Below, one piece after another: positions 1 through 13,879 of a stretch of 64,000 bases of DNA. The notes under the pieces are model-generated. The model saw only the letters and a program-made list of their open reading frames with translations. It made no database searches and had not been told where the DNA came from. The position numbers and the translations under genes were made by a program. The stretch's first letter is position 1, and the number at the start of each line of letters is the position of its first letter. Source of the stretch: Octopus vulgaris. Its lineage: Eukaryota. Location of the stretch: NCBI GenBank assembly GCA_951406725.2, contig OX597815.1, forward strand, positions 191,270,001 to 191,334,000. Reading direction: 5' to 3'.

Positions 1-3000
1 CTGAGGTGGCAAGCTGGTAGAATTGTTAGCACATTGGGCAAAATGCTAAGAAGCATTTCATCTGTGTTTGTGTTCTGAGTTCAAATTTTGCTTTGGTCAA
101 CTTTGCCCTTCATTCTGTTAGGGTTGATAAAATAAGTACCAGTTGAATACTGGGGTTGGTGTAATTGACTTACTCCCTCCCCTGCAGTTGCTGGCCTTGT
201 CACAAAATTTCAAATCAGTATTAATATTATAATTAAGCCAGCAAACTGTCAGAATCATTAGCACAATGGGCAAAATGTTTAGGGCATTTCATCCATCTTT
301 ATGTTTTGAGTTCAAATTCCACCAAGGTCAACTTTGCCTTTCATCCTTCTGGGACCAACACAATAAGGGCAGTGAGCTGGTAGAAATGTTAGCATGCCAG
401 GTGAAATACTTAGTGGTATTTCATCTGCCGTTACATTCTGAGTTCAAATTCTGCACTGGGGTCGATGTAATCGACTAAATCCGTTTGTATGTCCTTGTTT
501 GTCCCTTCTATGTTTTGCCCCCTGTGGGCAATAAAGAAATAAATAAGAACCAGTTAAGCACAGGGGTCGACATAATTAACTTGAGGGTTGACCTCCTCAA
601 AATTGCTGACCTTGTGCCAAAATTTGAAACCAATATAAATATTTTAATTAACTACGTGTTAGAAAAATTTCTGATCAAAAAGCTTTGCAGTATTTGTTCT
701 GGATCACTATGTTCCGAGTTCAAATCCCTCTGGGATCACAAAGATAACATCATCATCATTATCATCATCGTTTAACGTCCACTTTCTATGCTAGCATGAG
801 TTGGACAATTTGACTGACGTCTGGTGAAACAGATGGCTGCACTAGACTCCAGTCTGATCTGACAGAGTTTCTACAGCTGGATGCCCTTCCTAATGCCAAC
901 CACTCCAAGAGTGTAGTGGGTGCTTTTACGTGTCACCGGCACAAGGGCCAGTCAGGCGGTACTAGCAACATATCAGTCATGTACTGAAGTTGATGGTATC
1001 TTCCAGTCAAAATTACTAGCCTTGTGTCAAATCAGAAACTATCATCATCAGCACCACTACCACCATTATTATGTGCTTGCTCTCCTTCTGGTGGTTCCCA
1101 AATATTTTCAGGCTGCCATCATCCCCCTTGACACCCAGGCCACATTCCTAGCACTTCCACCCCAACTAACCTTCACAAACATATACCTTTTTCTAAAGCA
1201 AATTCAGAGCAACTGTATTTCACAAACAAAACTTAAACTAATGAACCCATTATTTTGTTGTTTTTACTTGAATCTTAACCCCATTATCACCCCACTTTTC
1301 TTCAATGCCCCCTTGGAACTTTCCACCACCTTCAGGGAAACTATACCACCCACTTTGGGAACCACTGAACTACAAGATCTATGCCCCTTTCAGTCAATCC
1401 AGGTAATGGCAACACTGTTTCAGAAAAATATAAATCTAAAAGTAGTCTTGATTGTCTAAAGGCTGGATTTCTTCAGATGTCTGAAAGCTTACCTCAGAAC
1501 ATCTCACTCATTAATGTTAACGGGTGATTAGAATGGTGTCTTAGATACATGTAAAGATTCTCACAAATATGCCAGTGTGTACTTGAACAAGCTGCAACGA
1601 GGTCATATTTAGAGTTTTCATTAGATTAACTGACAGGAACAGCAACTGTTACCCACAGCTTTATGTAGCTGGCTCTCTCAACCACAGATTTGTAATCTTT
1701 CCAGTCAATTTAGACAAGATTAATAAGCAGGGTCTGGTGTATTGGAAAGTTATTGCACCTTTCCCTGCACATTAGATTTCAGGGACTAGATTAGTGAAAT
1801 TAGTGACAGGTACAATTATTAATTCCTTATCCTGGTGGTTCCTGCTATAAAGGTAGATTAGAACAGAAGCTATAGTGTTGAACTAATTGGAAATTGAAAT
1901 CATTGACATTTCTTTAAGAGTACCAGGCAATAACAGGAACATACATTAGACATATGTGGAGGCACAATGGCCCAGTGGTTAGGGCAGCGGACTCGCAGTC
2001 GTAGTATTGCGGTTTCGATTCCCAGACTGGGCGTTGTGAGTGTTTATTGAGTGAAAACACCTAAAGTTCCACGAGGCTCCGGCAGGGGGTGTACTCTTTC
2101 GCCACAACTCTCTCTCATTCTTTCTTCTGTTGGCTTGCTCGCTTAGCCAGCGGGGTGGCGTCATTTGAAGGCTAAGACAGTGCAAAGCGCATTGTGACCA
2201 GCGATGTGTAGCCACATCTGATAGCCTGGTCGGTCACGTGAACGTGAACATTAGACATATATTGGTTTTAGAATAGAGAACTTTGAATACATTGAGTAGT
2301 TCCATAGTTTTCCTAACCACATTCTTTCAGTTCAATTAACTTCAGTTTGTTGATTATTTTCATGCTTATCATTTTCTTCTGCAAAATGTTAGGCACCCAT
2401 ATCTAGTTATTTCTGGTATTTTATTAAGTATTTAAAATGAAAAACGCTATGCTTTTTGCTAGAATTATTGTATTAAAACCTAAAAATACCTGGTTGTACC
2501 TTTGATCTTTACTAGTTACAGTATTATAATAATCGTCTATCTGGAAATCTAATCTTCAATCTTCTGGGTTAAGGAACCAGCAGAAGGAAAAATTTTCAAC
2601 TCATGTTAGCTTATCATTAATTTGTTAACACCATGCTGAATACACATCTAAAACGGTGCCATCTTAATCTGCTGGAACATATTGGCCAAAGATTTAATGA
2701 TAGCAATTCTTACAGTAATGTCTAACGTCTCTCTCCTTCGTTTATTCTAAGGATATTTGAAACAAAACAAAAATAAACAAAATCTGTTCCTTTACTTTGT
2801 TTTGTTCATTACGCTCATCTTTCTAACCTTTTGACTCACTTTCAAGGTGACTATTCCAGGCAGATTCTTCTCTCAGAATAACATAATTATCTTTGGGTGT
2901 GTTGCTGTTCCTTTTTAATTGAATCTTGCACTGAAATCCTTTTGCGTATCTCACATTATCTTTCCTGTCTATTATTTTTACTTCAAAATATGTCTTGTCA

Positions 3001-4843
3001 GCCTTGGTTGCCTTGAAACACTTTGGTTCAATATTAAAACTGACTGGTTTGTGTATGTGTGTAGCATTTGATGTATGTGTGTGTATGTGAAGGCCACAAT
3101 CATGATGTTCTGAGTTCAGTCTCATCGCATCCCTCCTTGATTGAGTGTTTTCTATCATCATCTTGGATTGATCCTAAACTGTGAGTGGGATTAAGTACAT
3201 AAGTGTATGTGGATGTGTGTGTGTGTGTGTGTGTGTGGACACATTGTTTACTTGACTGAATTCCTTTTATTATATTGGTATTTTTATTTTGCTTTACCTT
3301 CTATCTTTTACTTGTTTCAGTCATGAAACTGTGGCCATGCTGGGGCACCATTCTGTATATTTTTAGTTGAATAAATCAACCCCAGTACTTTTCTTTTTTT
3401 TTTTTTTGTAAGCCTAGTACTTGTTCTCCCAGTCTCTTTTGCCAAACCAATAAGTTATGGGGATGTAAACACACCAACACTGGCTGTCACACATGTACAA
3501 GGGCTTCTTTCAGTCTCCATCAACCGAATCCACTCACAAGGCTTTGGTTGGTCTGGGGCTATAGTAGAGGACTCGGGAAAGTGAGAAAGTCTTTTACCTT
3601 TCAAGCCTGTTCTTCAAAAGAAAGGAACATGAGGAAATAAACAGAGAGAGAATAAAATATATTAAAGTTGGATGGATATGGCCAGTTTAAATGCTTAAGG
3701 GTTAATATCTTATTCAGACAAATAAGGAAAAATCTTACCCTATTTTTAGGGATTTTTTAGAGATTCAGGCAAGAAAGGGAAGAAGTCGCAAAGGCAGTAA
3801 CAGTCATTAAAATGGTCTTTAGGCTCCCTCCATATTATTGGAATGGCAAAAATCATGGATTTCTTATTATTATTGAACCAGTCACATAAGCCATTTGAGC
3901 AAGCTGAGCAGATAAAATGTGGTGCCCATAACTTGTCGTGATCTCCAAGAGGACAGTCAAAGTATAGCTTATAAATCTTCTTGATTCCTGGTGTTATTGT
4001 ACATTTTTAAGATTTCACAATAAATTGTCCTCAGACATAACAAAACACATCAGTAGGATTTCTACACTGTCTTGATATTGTTAACACTGTAAAACAAGTA
4101 AGGAAATAGATACAAACAGTTATACTTATATTGAATTTGAGATGATGAAATATTTCATTAGACCACTTATGTTGGACAATTTAAGATATCGAAATACCTA
4201 TTTCATCAGACAAATCTTGATTGGTTAATTTAAGATGATGAAATATTACATCTGAACTATGCAGCAATGAATAATGTAGCTTATTTTAAAGGTATGTTTC
4301 CATGGTGTAAATGAAATACATGCATACACACCAATTATTGGAATTTCCTTATAATGCATGAGCTGAAACCAAAAAATACTTTCTCATCTTGAAAACTGTA
4401 CGTGATGTCAAAAAAGCTAATTGTATATTTGAAATCAGCATTAAAAACTACACTAAGTACACCTTGACATACGCTTGATGAAAAATACTTGTTGACCAGT
4501 GTTATAGATACATATGTTTCCTCTTTTTAAGCTGAAACAGTGTGATTTGAAAACAAATTAGCATTTATGTCTAGCAAGGAAATTAAAACACAGAGCCTTC
4601 CTCTTTAGCTCGTCTATAATTCTATTTCCTCCACTATGTTCATATTAATACCTTGAATCTATTGCTTTCGCTAAGCTTCCTCTTCTCTTTGTGGTTGCCA
4701 TGCCATCTGGTGCAGATTACTAACGTATTTATTCTTATTAAGCATTTACATGTAGCAGATTATCAAAGAGTTAAAAACCATAGAATCAGTGTTTTTTTCA
4801 AATACACTTGCTTTCATTCATATAACTCCTTTTATATTTACAG

Positions 4844-4935
4844 ATGACTATTTGTGGACAGGAGAATGGGCCCTAGCAGGTCTGCTTCTGTTCCTTTTCA
4901 TTGAAAAAATTATGAGTGATGAGTCTCAATCTAAG
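4844..4935 (+). CDS. SLC39A13: Zinc transporter ZIP13, internal coding exon (TM3 region); first exon visible in window
   Basis: Acceptor tttacAG (ends 4843), donor AAG|GTAAG (4936). Encodes (D)DYLWTGEWALAGLLLFLFIEKIMSDESQSK, matching the ZIP13 GLWVIAG..F..LEK helix. Phase joins the next exon. Confidence 0.88.
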
Positions 4936-5139
4936 GTAAGAATACAAATTATTTTTTACTCATTATCATCATCATTGGTTTAATGTTCACTTTTCCATGC
5001 TCACATGGGTTTTGTTAGAATTTCGTTGTGGCAGATTTTCTATAGCTGGATGCCCTTCCTGATGCCAATCCTCACATATTCCCAGATAATTTAATATTTC
5101 CCCATAACCAGACATGGAATATTGGAAATGAAGGACCCT

Positions 5140-5369
5140 ATATTAGGACAACGAAAAACCTGGCTGATGACAGTCAAGGCTGATCTGGAACCCAACCTAG
5201 GCCCCCATATCTACGGCGTTCGCCGCTGGAATAAGGAGTGGTTGGAGATCATGCAGTCGTTAGCCTCAAATCGCCAGGCCTGGTCGGCGTTTGTGAGAGA
5301 GGCAGCTTTGAGGATAAATGAAGCCAGCTCAACCCACCCTGGGTGAATGCTGTCAAGTCAAGTCAAGTC
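5140..5369 (+). mobile_element. 5'-truncated RTE-like LINE 3' end inserted in a SINE
   Basis: Encodes GQRKTWLMTVKADLE...WNKEWL...LASNRQAW; (CAAGT)n tail; 14-bp TSD AAATGAAGGACCCT at 5126-5139 and 5370-5383. Confidence 0.8.
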
Positions 5370-6859
5370 AAATGAAGGACCCTGCTTGCATGACTGTGAT
5401 AATCGCTTGCAACTATCTCACAACATCAAGGCAAGGAGACAAAAAGAACACACACACACACACAGGTGTTTTCTATTATAGCCCAGGGCTAAGCAAAACC
5501 TTGTTAATGGAAGGCAGAAACTAAAAGAAGCCCATCATATATATATATATATATATATATACAATACATTACTGTCTCCTTACCTTGACTTCCTGTGATA
5601 TTTGTGAACAAGTGTTTCCATCATGCAAGTGGTGTCCTCCCTTCCCAGTCTTCTGTGAAAACATTCCTGGTCATAGAGTACAACGACCTTCATTGAAAAC
5701 AGATAAAGATTGACTGGAAGGGTACCCAGTCATAGTAAACTGCCTCAGCAAATTCTGTCTGAACCACTCAAATATGGAAAAGTGGACATTAAAATAATGA
5801 TGATGATGTAATGCCATTTTGAGGCTTTGTTGTACTGGGTAGTTGTCCAGAAGCACCACATTTCTAGGAACCCAGTGCTAATCGATATATATTGTGGTTG
5901 TGTATATAGGGGTCCTAGTATATTACTTTACCTAGGGAGCCCATAATGCTGTTAACGTGGCCCTTGTCATGGGCACACCTTGATAAAGGATTCCCATAAA
6001 ACTAGCATTTTGAATTACTTTTCAGAATTATTTATATAGAATCTTTTATTTTTTTTACTTGTTTCAGTCATTGAACTGTGGCCATGCTGGGGCATTGACT
6101 TGAAGTTTTTTTTATCCAAACAAATCAACCCTAGTGCTTCATTTTTTTTCCTAAGCCTGGTACTTATTCTATCTGTCCCTTTTTGCCAAACCACTAAGTT
6201 ACATGGATGTAAACAAACCAACACAAGTTGTCAGGTAGAGGTGGTGGTCAAACACAGACACACACACACACATGATGGACCCCTTTCAGTTTTCATCTAC
6301 CAAATCTACTCACAAGGCTTTGGTCACACCAGGACTATTGTAGAAGACACTTGCCCAAGAACTGAACCCAGAACCATGGGATTGGGAAGCAAAATTTTTA
6401 CCACAGAGCCACATTACTTTTTGTACATTCAAAATATTTAATTAAAAGTCATCTCTATTGAATGAAAGCATTGATTTATTTTAACAAATTCATTCACAAT
6501 TACCTGCATAATTTCATTGGAAATGAATTTGAGAAATAATAGCTTGATTCTTTTATACAAAAATTATTTCACCAAATAGGCACGAATTTTCTATAAACAA
6601 TCTAGAATGGGTTCCTATATTTGTTTTTGTTACAATCAATCTCTCATTTGCAAAGATAATCATGTATTAAAGAACAAAAACATTGATTTTCACTATTAAC
6701 ATCTCACTTTATATGAGAAATTCCAATATTTTACCCTTTTTGCTCAGTTTATCTCTTGACTGATTATTAAGCACTTTGTTGATCTCATACTCTCAGCTAA
6801 TGAATTCAGCAAGCAATAACAAATAAAGCAGTTATGTATGCGATATATGTATATATATG

Positions 6860-7340
6860 TCATCATCATCATCATCATCGTTTAACGTCCGTTTTCCGTG
6901 CTAGCATGGGTTGGACAATTTGACTGAGGTCTGGCGAACCAGATGGCTACACCAGACTCCAATCTTGATTTGGCAGAGTTTCTACAGCTTGATGCCCTTC
7001 CTAACACCAACCACTCCAAGAGTGTAGTGGGTGCTTTTACATGCCACCGGCACGAGGGCCAGTCAGGCAGTACTGGCAATGGCCTCACTCAAATAGTGCT
7101 TTATATGTACCACCTGCACAGGAGCCAGTCCAACGGCACTGGCAACGACCACACTTGAATGTTTTTTTCACGTACCACCAGCACAAGTACTAGTAAGGTG
7201 ACGCAGGTAACGATCACACTTGAATGGTATTTTTAACATGCCATCGCCACGGAGGCCAGCTTGTTGCTCTGGCAACAATCTCACTCGTATGGTACTCTTA
7301 GTGCTCTACTACCACAAATGCCAGTCATCGAATTTGATTT
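6860..7340 (-). mobile_element. SINE family B (GAT-tailed), representative
   Basis: Core GGTTGGCGTTAGGAAGGGCATCCAGCTGTAGAAA and tail CATGCTAGCAYGGAAAACGGACGTTAAACGATGATGAT. Many copies, e.g. 746-970, 7826-7986, 26085-26440, 35920-36210, 43835-44100, 51745-51965. Confidence 0.8.
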
Positions 7341-8275
7341 CAATTTTGATGCATATATATGTATATATATATATATACATATATATAGGTTGATAGAAAA
7401 TAAAAAAAAGTGTTCTCTTCTAACTTTTAGTTTTACCAAATCAACACACACACATATATTTGTGTGGGTATTGAAGAACAGCCTTCATGCGCCCTCTTTT
7501 CCTCAAATTTGCTACAAAGCAAAACCTCCCTCTCCATCCTTATTGTCAACTTCAAATGGAATTTGATGAAGCTTATAAGATTTAGGTCAGTGAGCTAGAA
7601 TTTTGTCCACCAGCTTTTCAAGTAAATCCACCTAATAATCTGTTTTCCCATAACTACTATACAGGAAAGCCAAAAAGGTGACAGCAGACAAGGAACCTGA
7701 TTAATGCCTGATCAATCTGACATGTGATTGTTAATTGCTCGTGCTTATTCAAATAGCTGTTATCACATGTTGAATGGATCTGCAATCAACCAAGTTCTTT
7801 TTTAAAAATCGGAGTTCTTACACATGGAGTGGTTGGCGTTAGGAAGGGCATCCAGCTGTAGAAACATTGCCAGATTAGACTGGAGCCCGGTGCAGCCTTC
7901 TGGCTTCCCAGAACCCCGGTCGAACCGTCCAACCCATGCTAGCATGGAGAACGGACGTTAAACGATGATGATGATGATGATGATGATCTGCTTGTTATGT
8001 TTGACAAGGAGAAGGCCTGTAGTTTTCCTCTGATGAAACAGATTTTTATATTGGACTTATTGGAAAGGTTGAGGATAGGAGTCTAGCTCTCTGACCAATT
8101 TCTCATTAGTTCCATCAATTCCCACTGGTAAGGCTGAAGAAGAATGTGTGCCTGTTAACAAATTGAATCTATGCGGTTGCAAGTGGGAAAGCTTGTATGA
8201 ACAATAGGACTAGTTCTCAAATTCTACCTGAAAATTGCAGTCAGAAGACAACTGCCCACAGTATAAGGGGGTCAG

Positions 8276-8441
8276 AGCGTAACTTCGGTATAGGTACCGG
8301 AAGTACCGGATACATTTCAAGAAAGTGTTTTATTTATATATGTGGGGAGGGGAGTTAGAGTTAGGAGTGGGAGAAAAGGGTTTTTGTTATCTTCAGAAAT
8401 GTAAACAAAGCCACTTACGGTACATATACTGAAGGATCGCC
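8276..8441. mobile_element. Mutator-type MITE
   Basis: About 28-bp TIRs (CTTCGGTATAGGTACCGGAAGT / ACTTACGGTACATATACTGAAG); 9-bp flanks GGGGGTCAG / AGGGGTCAG (8/9 match). Confidence 0.65.
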
Positions 8442-8916
8442 AGGGGTCAGTGTTTTGAAGTAGCTTGATCCTCCATAGATAGCAGTTCCCTCACTTTCTT
8501 GTGTATATCTTTGTATATTTTATATTGTTGCTGTTGAGTTTTGAGCTCTTTGTATATTGTCATCAGCCAGTTTACCTTCAGCATAGTCGTATTGCTAGTT
8601 GGAGAGAAGTTATGATAAACACCAGTTTATATCATTTGTTCTTTATGGAGGTTTTGATCTCTATAACTTAGTGCAATAAGGTGTGCTTTTGCTGATCCGT
8701 TGTGGTTATGGATCCAATTGCACTTGAAACATTCAATGTAGAGGTTCCAAACAAGCACAACAGTGAAATGTATATAGGGAACAAAAACTTGTGTTTATCA
8801 CATTTTGAACCCAAAACCATGTGGTTACAAAATGAGATTCTTAACCATGTTTGCACTTATCATATCATGAATCTTTAATGTATTTCATATTGTATTATAT
8901 TTTTGTCCCAAGTTGT

Positions 8917-8951
<35 letters not shown>

Positions 8952-9547
8952 ACTGGTACTACATAAAAGCACCCAGTACACTCTGTAAAGTAGTTAGTGT
9001 TAAGAAGGGCATCCAACTGTAGAAATCATGCCAAAACTGAGAACTGGAGCCTGATACAGCTCTCCAGCTTGCTAGCTCCTGTCAAACCATCCAACCCTTG
9101 CTAGCATGGAAACTTTCAATTGTGAGGTTGTGAGTTCAAATCCCGGACCAGGCTGTGTGTTGTGTGATCAAGACACTTATTTCATGTTGCTCCAGTTTAC
9201 TCAGCTGTAGAAATGAGTTGCAACATCACAGATGTCAAGCTGTGTCAGCCTTTGCCTTTCCCTTGGATGACACTGGTGGCATGGAGAGGGGAGGCTGGTA
9301 TACATGGATGACTGCTGGTTTTCCATGAACAACCTTGCCCGGACTTTGGCCTCGGAGGGTAACTTTGTAGGTGCAATCCCATGGTCAGTCATGACCGAAG
9401 GGGGTCTCAGCATATATATATAAGCACATATATTGCTTTATATATTTTATTAATTTGTCTGTACAGCTGGTATCCAATTACCACTAGTGATAGTATTTTA
9501 ATAGTACCATTGCTCTTATATTTACTTTTATATGTGTGTGTGTTGGA

Positions 9548-9595
<48 letters not shown>

Positions 9596-9796
9596 TCTTT
9601 ACTCTCTCTTTTACTTGTTTCAGTCATTTGACTGCAGCCATGCTGGAGCACCACCTTTAGTTGAGCAAATCGACTCCAGGACTTATTCTTTGTAAGCCTA
9701 GTACTTATTGTATCGGTCTCTTGCCGAACCACTAAGTTATGGAGACAGAAACACACCAGCATTGGTTGTCAAGCAATGTTGGGGGGACAAACACAA

Positions 9797-9829
<33 letters not shown>

Positions 9830-10611
9830 CATATATACGACGGGCTTCTTTCAGTTTCCATCTACCAAATCCACTCACAAGGCTTTGGTCAGCCCGAGGC
9901 TATAGTAGAAGACACTTGTCCAAGGTGCCACGCAGTGTCTCTGAACCCGTAACCATATGGTTCATAAGCAAGCTACTTACCACACAGCCACTCCTACGCC
10001 ATATATATATATTTCAACATGTTTGTCACTGTTTTGTATGAAATGTTTTCCATGTATGTGGTAAGGTCTATGTGACCGATAAAGAAAGGATTATTTAAAA
10101 TAAAATATAATTCTGTGATTAAGCTTCCAAACCAACAACACATGCGCCGTTCATGCATTATTTATAATGGAAGAATTATGAGATTATTTATTCAGATTTT
10201 TCTTTTCCTCGTGTTTTGCTTGCGTTATTGAGAGAATGAATACTTCACCTATTGAATATTTGAAAATTCAGTCTTCTGCTGTCCAGAGTTTTGAAAAGAA
10301 TTGTTTTTATTTATTCCTCTTTCTTTTTCTGGTTTTTTTTTTTTCAATCTTGTAAAAACATAAACAAAAAAAAGAAAAATAATGAAGTGTTTTCTTTTTT
10401 TATTTGTTGTCATCGTTACTTCCATTATTGCTATCACTATTGTCATTTTAATATCTGTTCTTTGAAGCCTGCAAATCAGTCTTTCACTATGCATCTCCAT
10501 ACTGTACCATCTTGTGATTACGATCACAACATGCTTCTTCCAAATATGGATTCGTGGCTGATAATTAATATTGCATGAGCTTTTTTTTTTTTTGTATTTA
10601 AATTTACATGT

Positions 10612-11027
10612 AGGCTCAGGAGTGGCTGTGTGGTAAGTAGCTTGCTTACCAACCACATGGTTCCGGGTTCCGTCCCACTGTGTGGTACCTTGGGCAAGCG
10701 TCTTCTACTATAGCCTCGGGCCGACCAAAGCCTTTGTGAGTGGATATGGTAGACGGAAACTGAAAGAAGCCTGTTGGATATATGTATATATATATGTGTA
10801 TATATATGTATATGTGTGTGTATGTTTGTGTGTCTGTGTTTGTCCCCCCAACATCACTTGACAACCGATGCTGGTGTGTTTACGTCCCCGTAACTTAGCG
10901 GTTCAGCAAAAGAGACCGATAGAATAAGTATTAGGCTTACAAAGAATAAGTCCTGGGGTCGATTTGCTCGATTAAAGGTAGTGCTCCAGCATGGCCACAG
11001 TCAAATGACTGAAACAAGTAAAAAGAG
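10612..11027 (+). mobile_element. tRNA-derived SINE family A (representative)
   Basis: Head GGAGTGGCTGTGTGGTAAG...GGTTC, central (TA)n(TG)n, tail GGTGCTCCAGCATGGCCACAGTCAAATGACTGAAACAAGTAAAA. Further copies at about 9597-10000(-), 12223-12820(+), 20777-21178(-), 22514-22886(+), 28404-28812(-), 36522-36970(-). Confidence 0.85.
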
Positions 11028-12389
11028 TATGTATTTCATATGCGACTGCTGTCCAGCATGGGTAAGCTCCCATTATGTAGTAGGGTCCTCCAGAGTGTTT
11101 TTATTCTCCCTTGAAGAATTTCATTTCACCTTCTCTTACCTGTGGCTGGCTTCTTCTCCCCGTAACACATACACACACACACACACACACCTTTTGATTT
11201 GGTCTGAAGGAACGGAATGAGGTGATAACATTGGCAGACTGTCACAGACTGACAAAATCAATGCTGATGATGTTCTCTTGGAACAATTTGCAAGTTGACA
11301 GTTGCAAGGAGATCCTGATCAAGTGAGAAATTCCAAAGGACTTTTGTTCTATGGAGGAAGGACCAGGGAAAATAGCTTATGCAGGACTTGGGGGTGAACA
11401 CAATTATTGGTGATGAAAGAAGAAAGAGATAAGTAAGTCAGGTGGCGATGAATGGATATGGTATGAGATTATGGTGATATATATATGTGTGTATGTGTGT
11501 GTATTTTTTCTTTTATTTGTTTCAGTCATTTGACTGCAGCCAGGCTGGAGCACCACCTTTAGTCGAGCAAATCGACCCCAGAACTTATTCTTTTTAAGCC
11601 TAGTACTTATTCTATCAGTCACTTTTGCCAAACTGTGGTGTGTTTGCATCCCCGTAACTTAGCGGTTCGGCAAAAGAGACGATAGAATAAGTACTAGGCT
11701 TACAAAGAATAAGTCCTGGGATCGATTTGCTCGACTAAAGGTGGTGCTCTAGCATGGCCGCAGTCAGATGACTGAAACAAGTAAAAGAGTAAAAGAGAAT
11801 AGGTATGTGTATATGTAGATATCTAGGTTCTTCTGACATTGACTTATCTGCCTACCCCCACCCCTACTTCTATTTATCTCCTCACTATGGTAGACAGCTT
11901 CCCACTAACATGTTTCACCTTGTCACTTCCCGTCACCTCCCATATCCTTCACTCTTAATTACTTTTTCTCATTCTCACTATTTATACAACCTATTTATTC
12001 AATATTAATTATGAACATCATATCTCTCTATCTCTGTCTCTCTCTTCTTAATGGAAACTCCTACCCTAAGCAGTAAGCTTGTCCTCTTCCTCAAAGCAAA
12101 ATAATTTATTGCACCTTGTGTAATATTTGTACGTATTATTTGCCAACACAGACCATTACTAATTTCCTCAGATTCTAATAATTTGTGTTTTTGCTTCTGT
12201 GAATTTTTTTATTATATACCCAGGCGTAGGAGTGGCTGTGTAGTAAGTAGCTTGCTTACCAACCACATTGTTCCAGGTTCAGTCCCACTGCGTGTCACCT
12301 TGGGAAAGTGTCTTCTACTATAGCCTTGGGCCGACCAAAGCCTTATGAGTGGATTTGGTTAATGGAAACTGAAAGAAGCCCATCGTATA

Positions 12390-12695
12390 TCTTTATATAT
12401 AAAATTGAAGTTGTGTGTGTGAGACTCTGTCTCCTCCGATTTAGATTCCTAACTACTCCCACATTTTATGGTGCAGTTTAACCAAAAGTGGGTATCTTAT
12501 AGTTGTCATTCATATCGAGCCCTTCTGGGTATTAGCGCACGTCTACGATGAGTCTACGATTTAAAAAAAAATTTACCATAATTTTTCCACATTTTAATGA
12601 TTTTTGCTCGGGTTATATAAGGGAAGTAACTCTCTAAAAATGCTTATATAGTTATTTCCCTTACAAACCCGAGCAACGCCGGACGATACTGCTAG
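12390..12695 (+). mobile_element. Non-autonomous Helitron nested in a SINE
   Basis: 5' TC, subterminal hairpin CCCGAGCAACGCCGG, 3' CTAG; inserted between A and T in the SINE's (TA)n tract with no TSD. Confidence 0.8.
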
Positions 12696-13033
12696 TATGT
12701 ATATATATATATGTGTGTGTGTGTATATGTTTGTGTGTCGTGTTTGTCCCCCCCAATATCGCTTGACAACCAATGCTGGTGTGTTTACGTCCCTGTAACT
12801 TAGTGGTTCAGCAAAAGAGACAGCAAAGTATTCATGCCACACATTAGCTTACTCCCTTCATCAAATCAACGTTGCCTGAACAGGTGCACTGTGTACCATG
12901 CATCCGGTGTCAAAGTGATCACAGAACAATGTGAGATGAAGTGGTTTGTTCAAGAACACAACACACCACCCGGTCTTAGAATTGAGATCGTGATTGTGAG
13001 TGTGACACCCTAATTACTAAGCCATGCACCCTC

Positions 13034-13068
<35 letters not shown>

Positions 13069-13244
13069 CCTTTCTACTATAGGTAGAAATTTGAGGGGAG
13101 GGAACTAGTTGATTACATCGACCCCTGCGCATAGCTGGTACCTATTTTATTGACCTCAAATGATGAAAGGCAGAGTTGACCTCAGCAGAATTTGAACTCA
13201 GAACTTAGTGACAGACAAAATGCTGCTAAGCATTTTGTCCAGCC

Positions 13245-13278
<34 letters not shown>

Positions 13279-13879
13279 GTAATAATAATTGCTTCCTAAA
13301 GCACTAGGTCTCAAATTTGGAGGGACACAACGGCTAATTATATCAGCCCCTGTACTTAACTAAGATTATCTCTCCTTCTCCTTCAAAAGAACTAGCAGTA
13401 ACATTAATCTTGATGGAATTTGAAATGAAAACAGGGATTACAAGTTGATATTGGAAGGAAAACTTGATGTAAATATGGTTTAACAGTCAGTGAACACTTA
13501 GAATTCATCATTTTAAAAGTGTACTTTAATGTAAGCAAGGAAATATTTTTGTATCAAAATATTATTCACTCATAAAAGCTATATAACTATATTATATGTC
13601 TCTAAATACATTTTGTATTTGAAATATTTTGTTTTTGTTTTTTGTTTGTTCTCTTTTGTTTCGTTTTGTTTTTTTTTTTTTTTTTTTTTGCTGTTTTTTG
13701 GGGGGTTTTTTTTTTTTGCTAACTTTACATCTGTTTGTAAGTGATTCTCAGACGACAAACTTTTCTAAATCACTTTAGCATTGTCATCTTCACGAGTCTC
13801 CTCATTCTCACTGTTGACATCATCATCATCATCACCATCACCGTCATCATCATCATCATTTTAACATCCATCTTCTCTT

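Noticed and set aside
920-1459. 179-aa ORF; possible hAT MITE at about 1089-1367
   Set aside because: The ORF crosses repeat fragments and has no protein motif. The TIR-like ends (GTGGTTCCCAA/TTGGGAACCAC) lack a matching 8-bp TSD.
1958-2030. tRNA-like sequence
   Set aside because: It is the head of SINE family C, continuing into a SINE body; not a standalone tRNA gene.
2823-3161. 112-aa minus-strand ORF
   Set aside because: Begins in a SINE/microsatellite remnant, has no recognisable domain, and lies antisense in a ZIP13 intron.
4861-4869. Glu in G-E-W where ZIP13 usually has G-L-W, as a candidate RNA-recoding site
   Set aside because: A-to-I editing of GAA cannot give Leu, and there is no RNA evidence.
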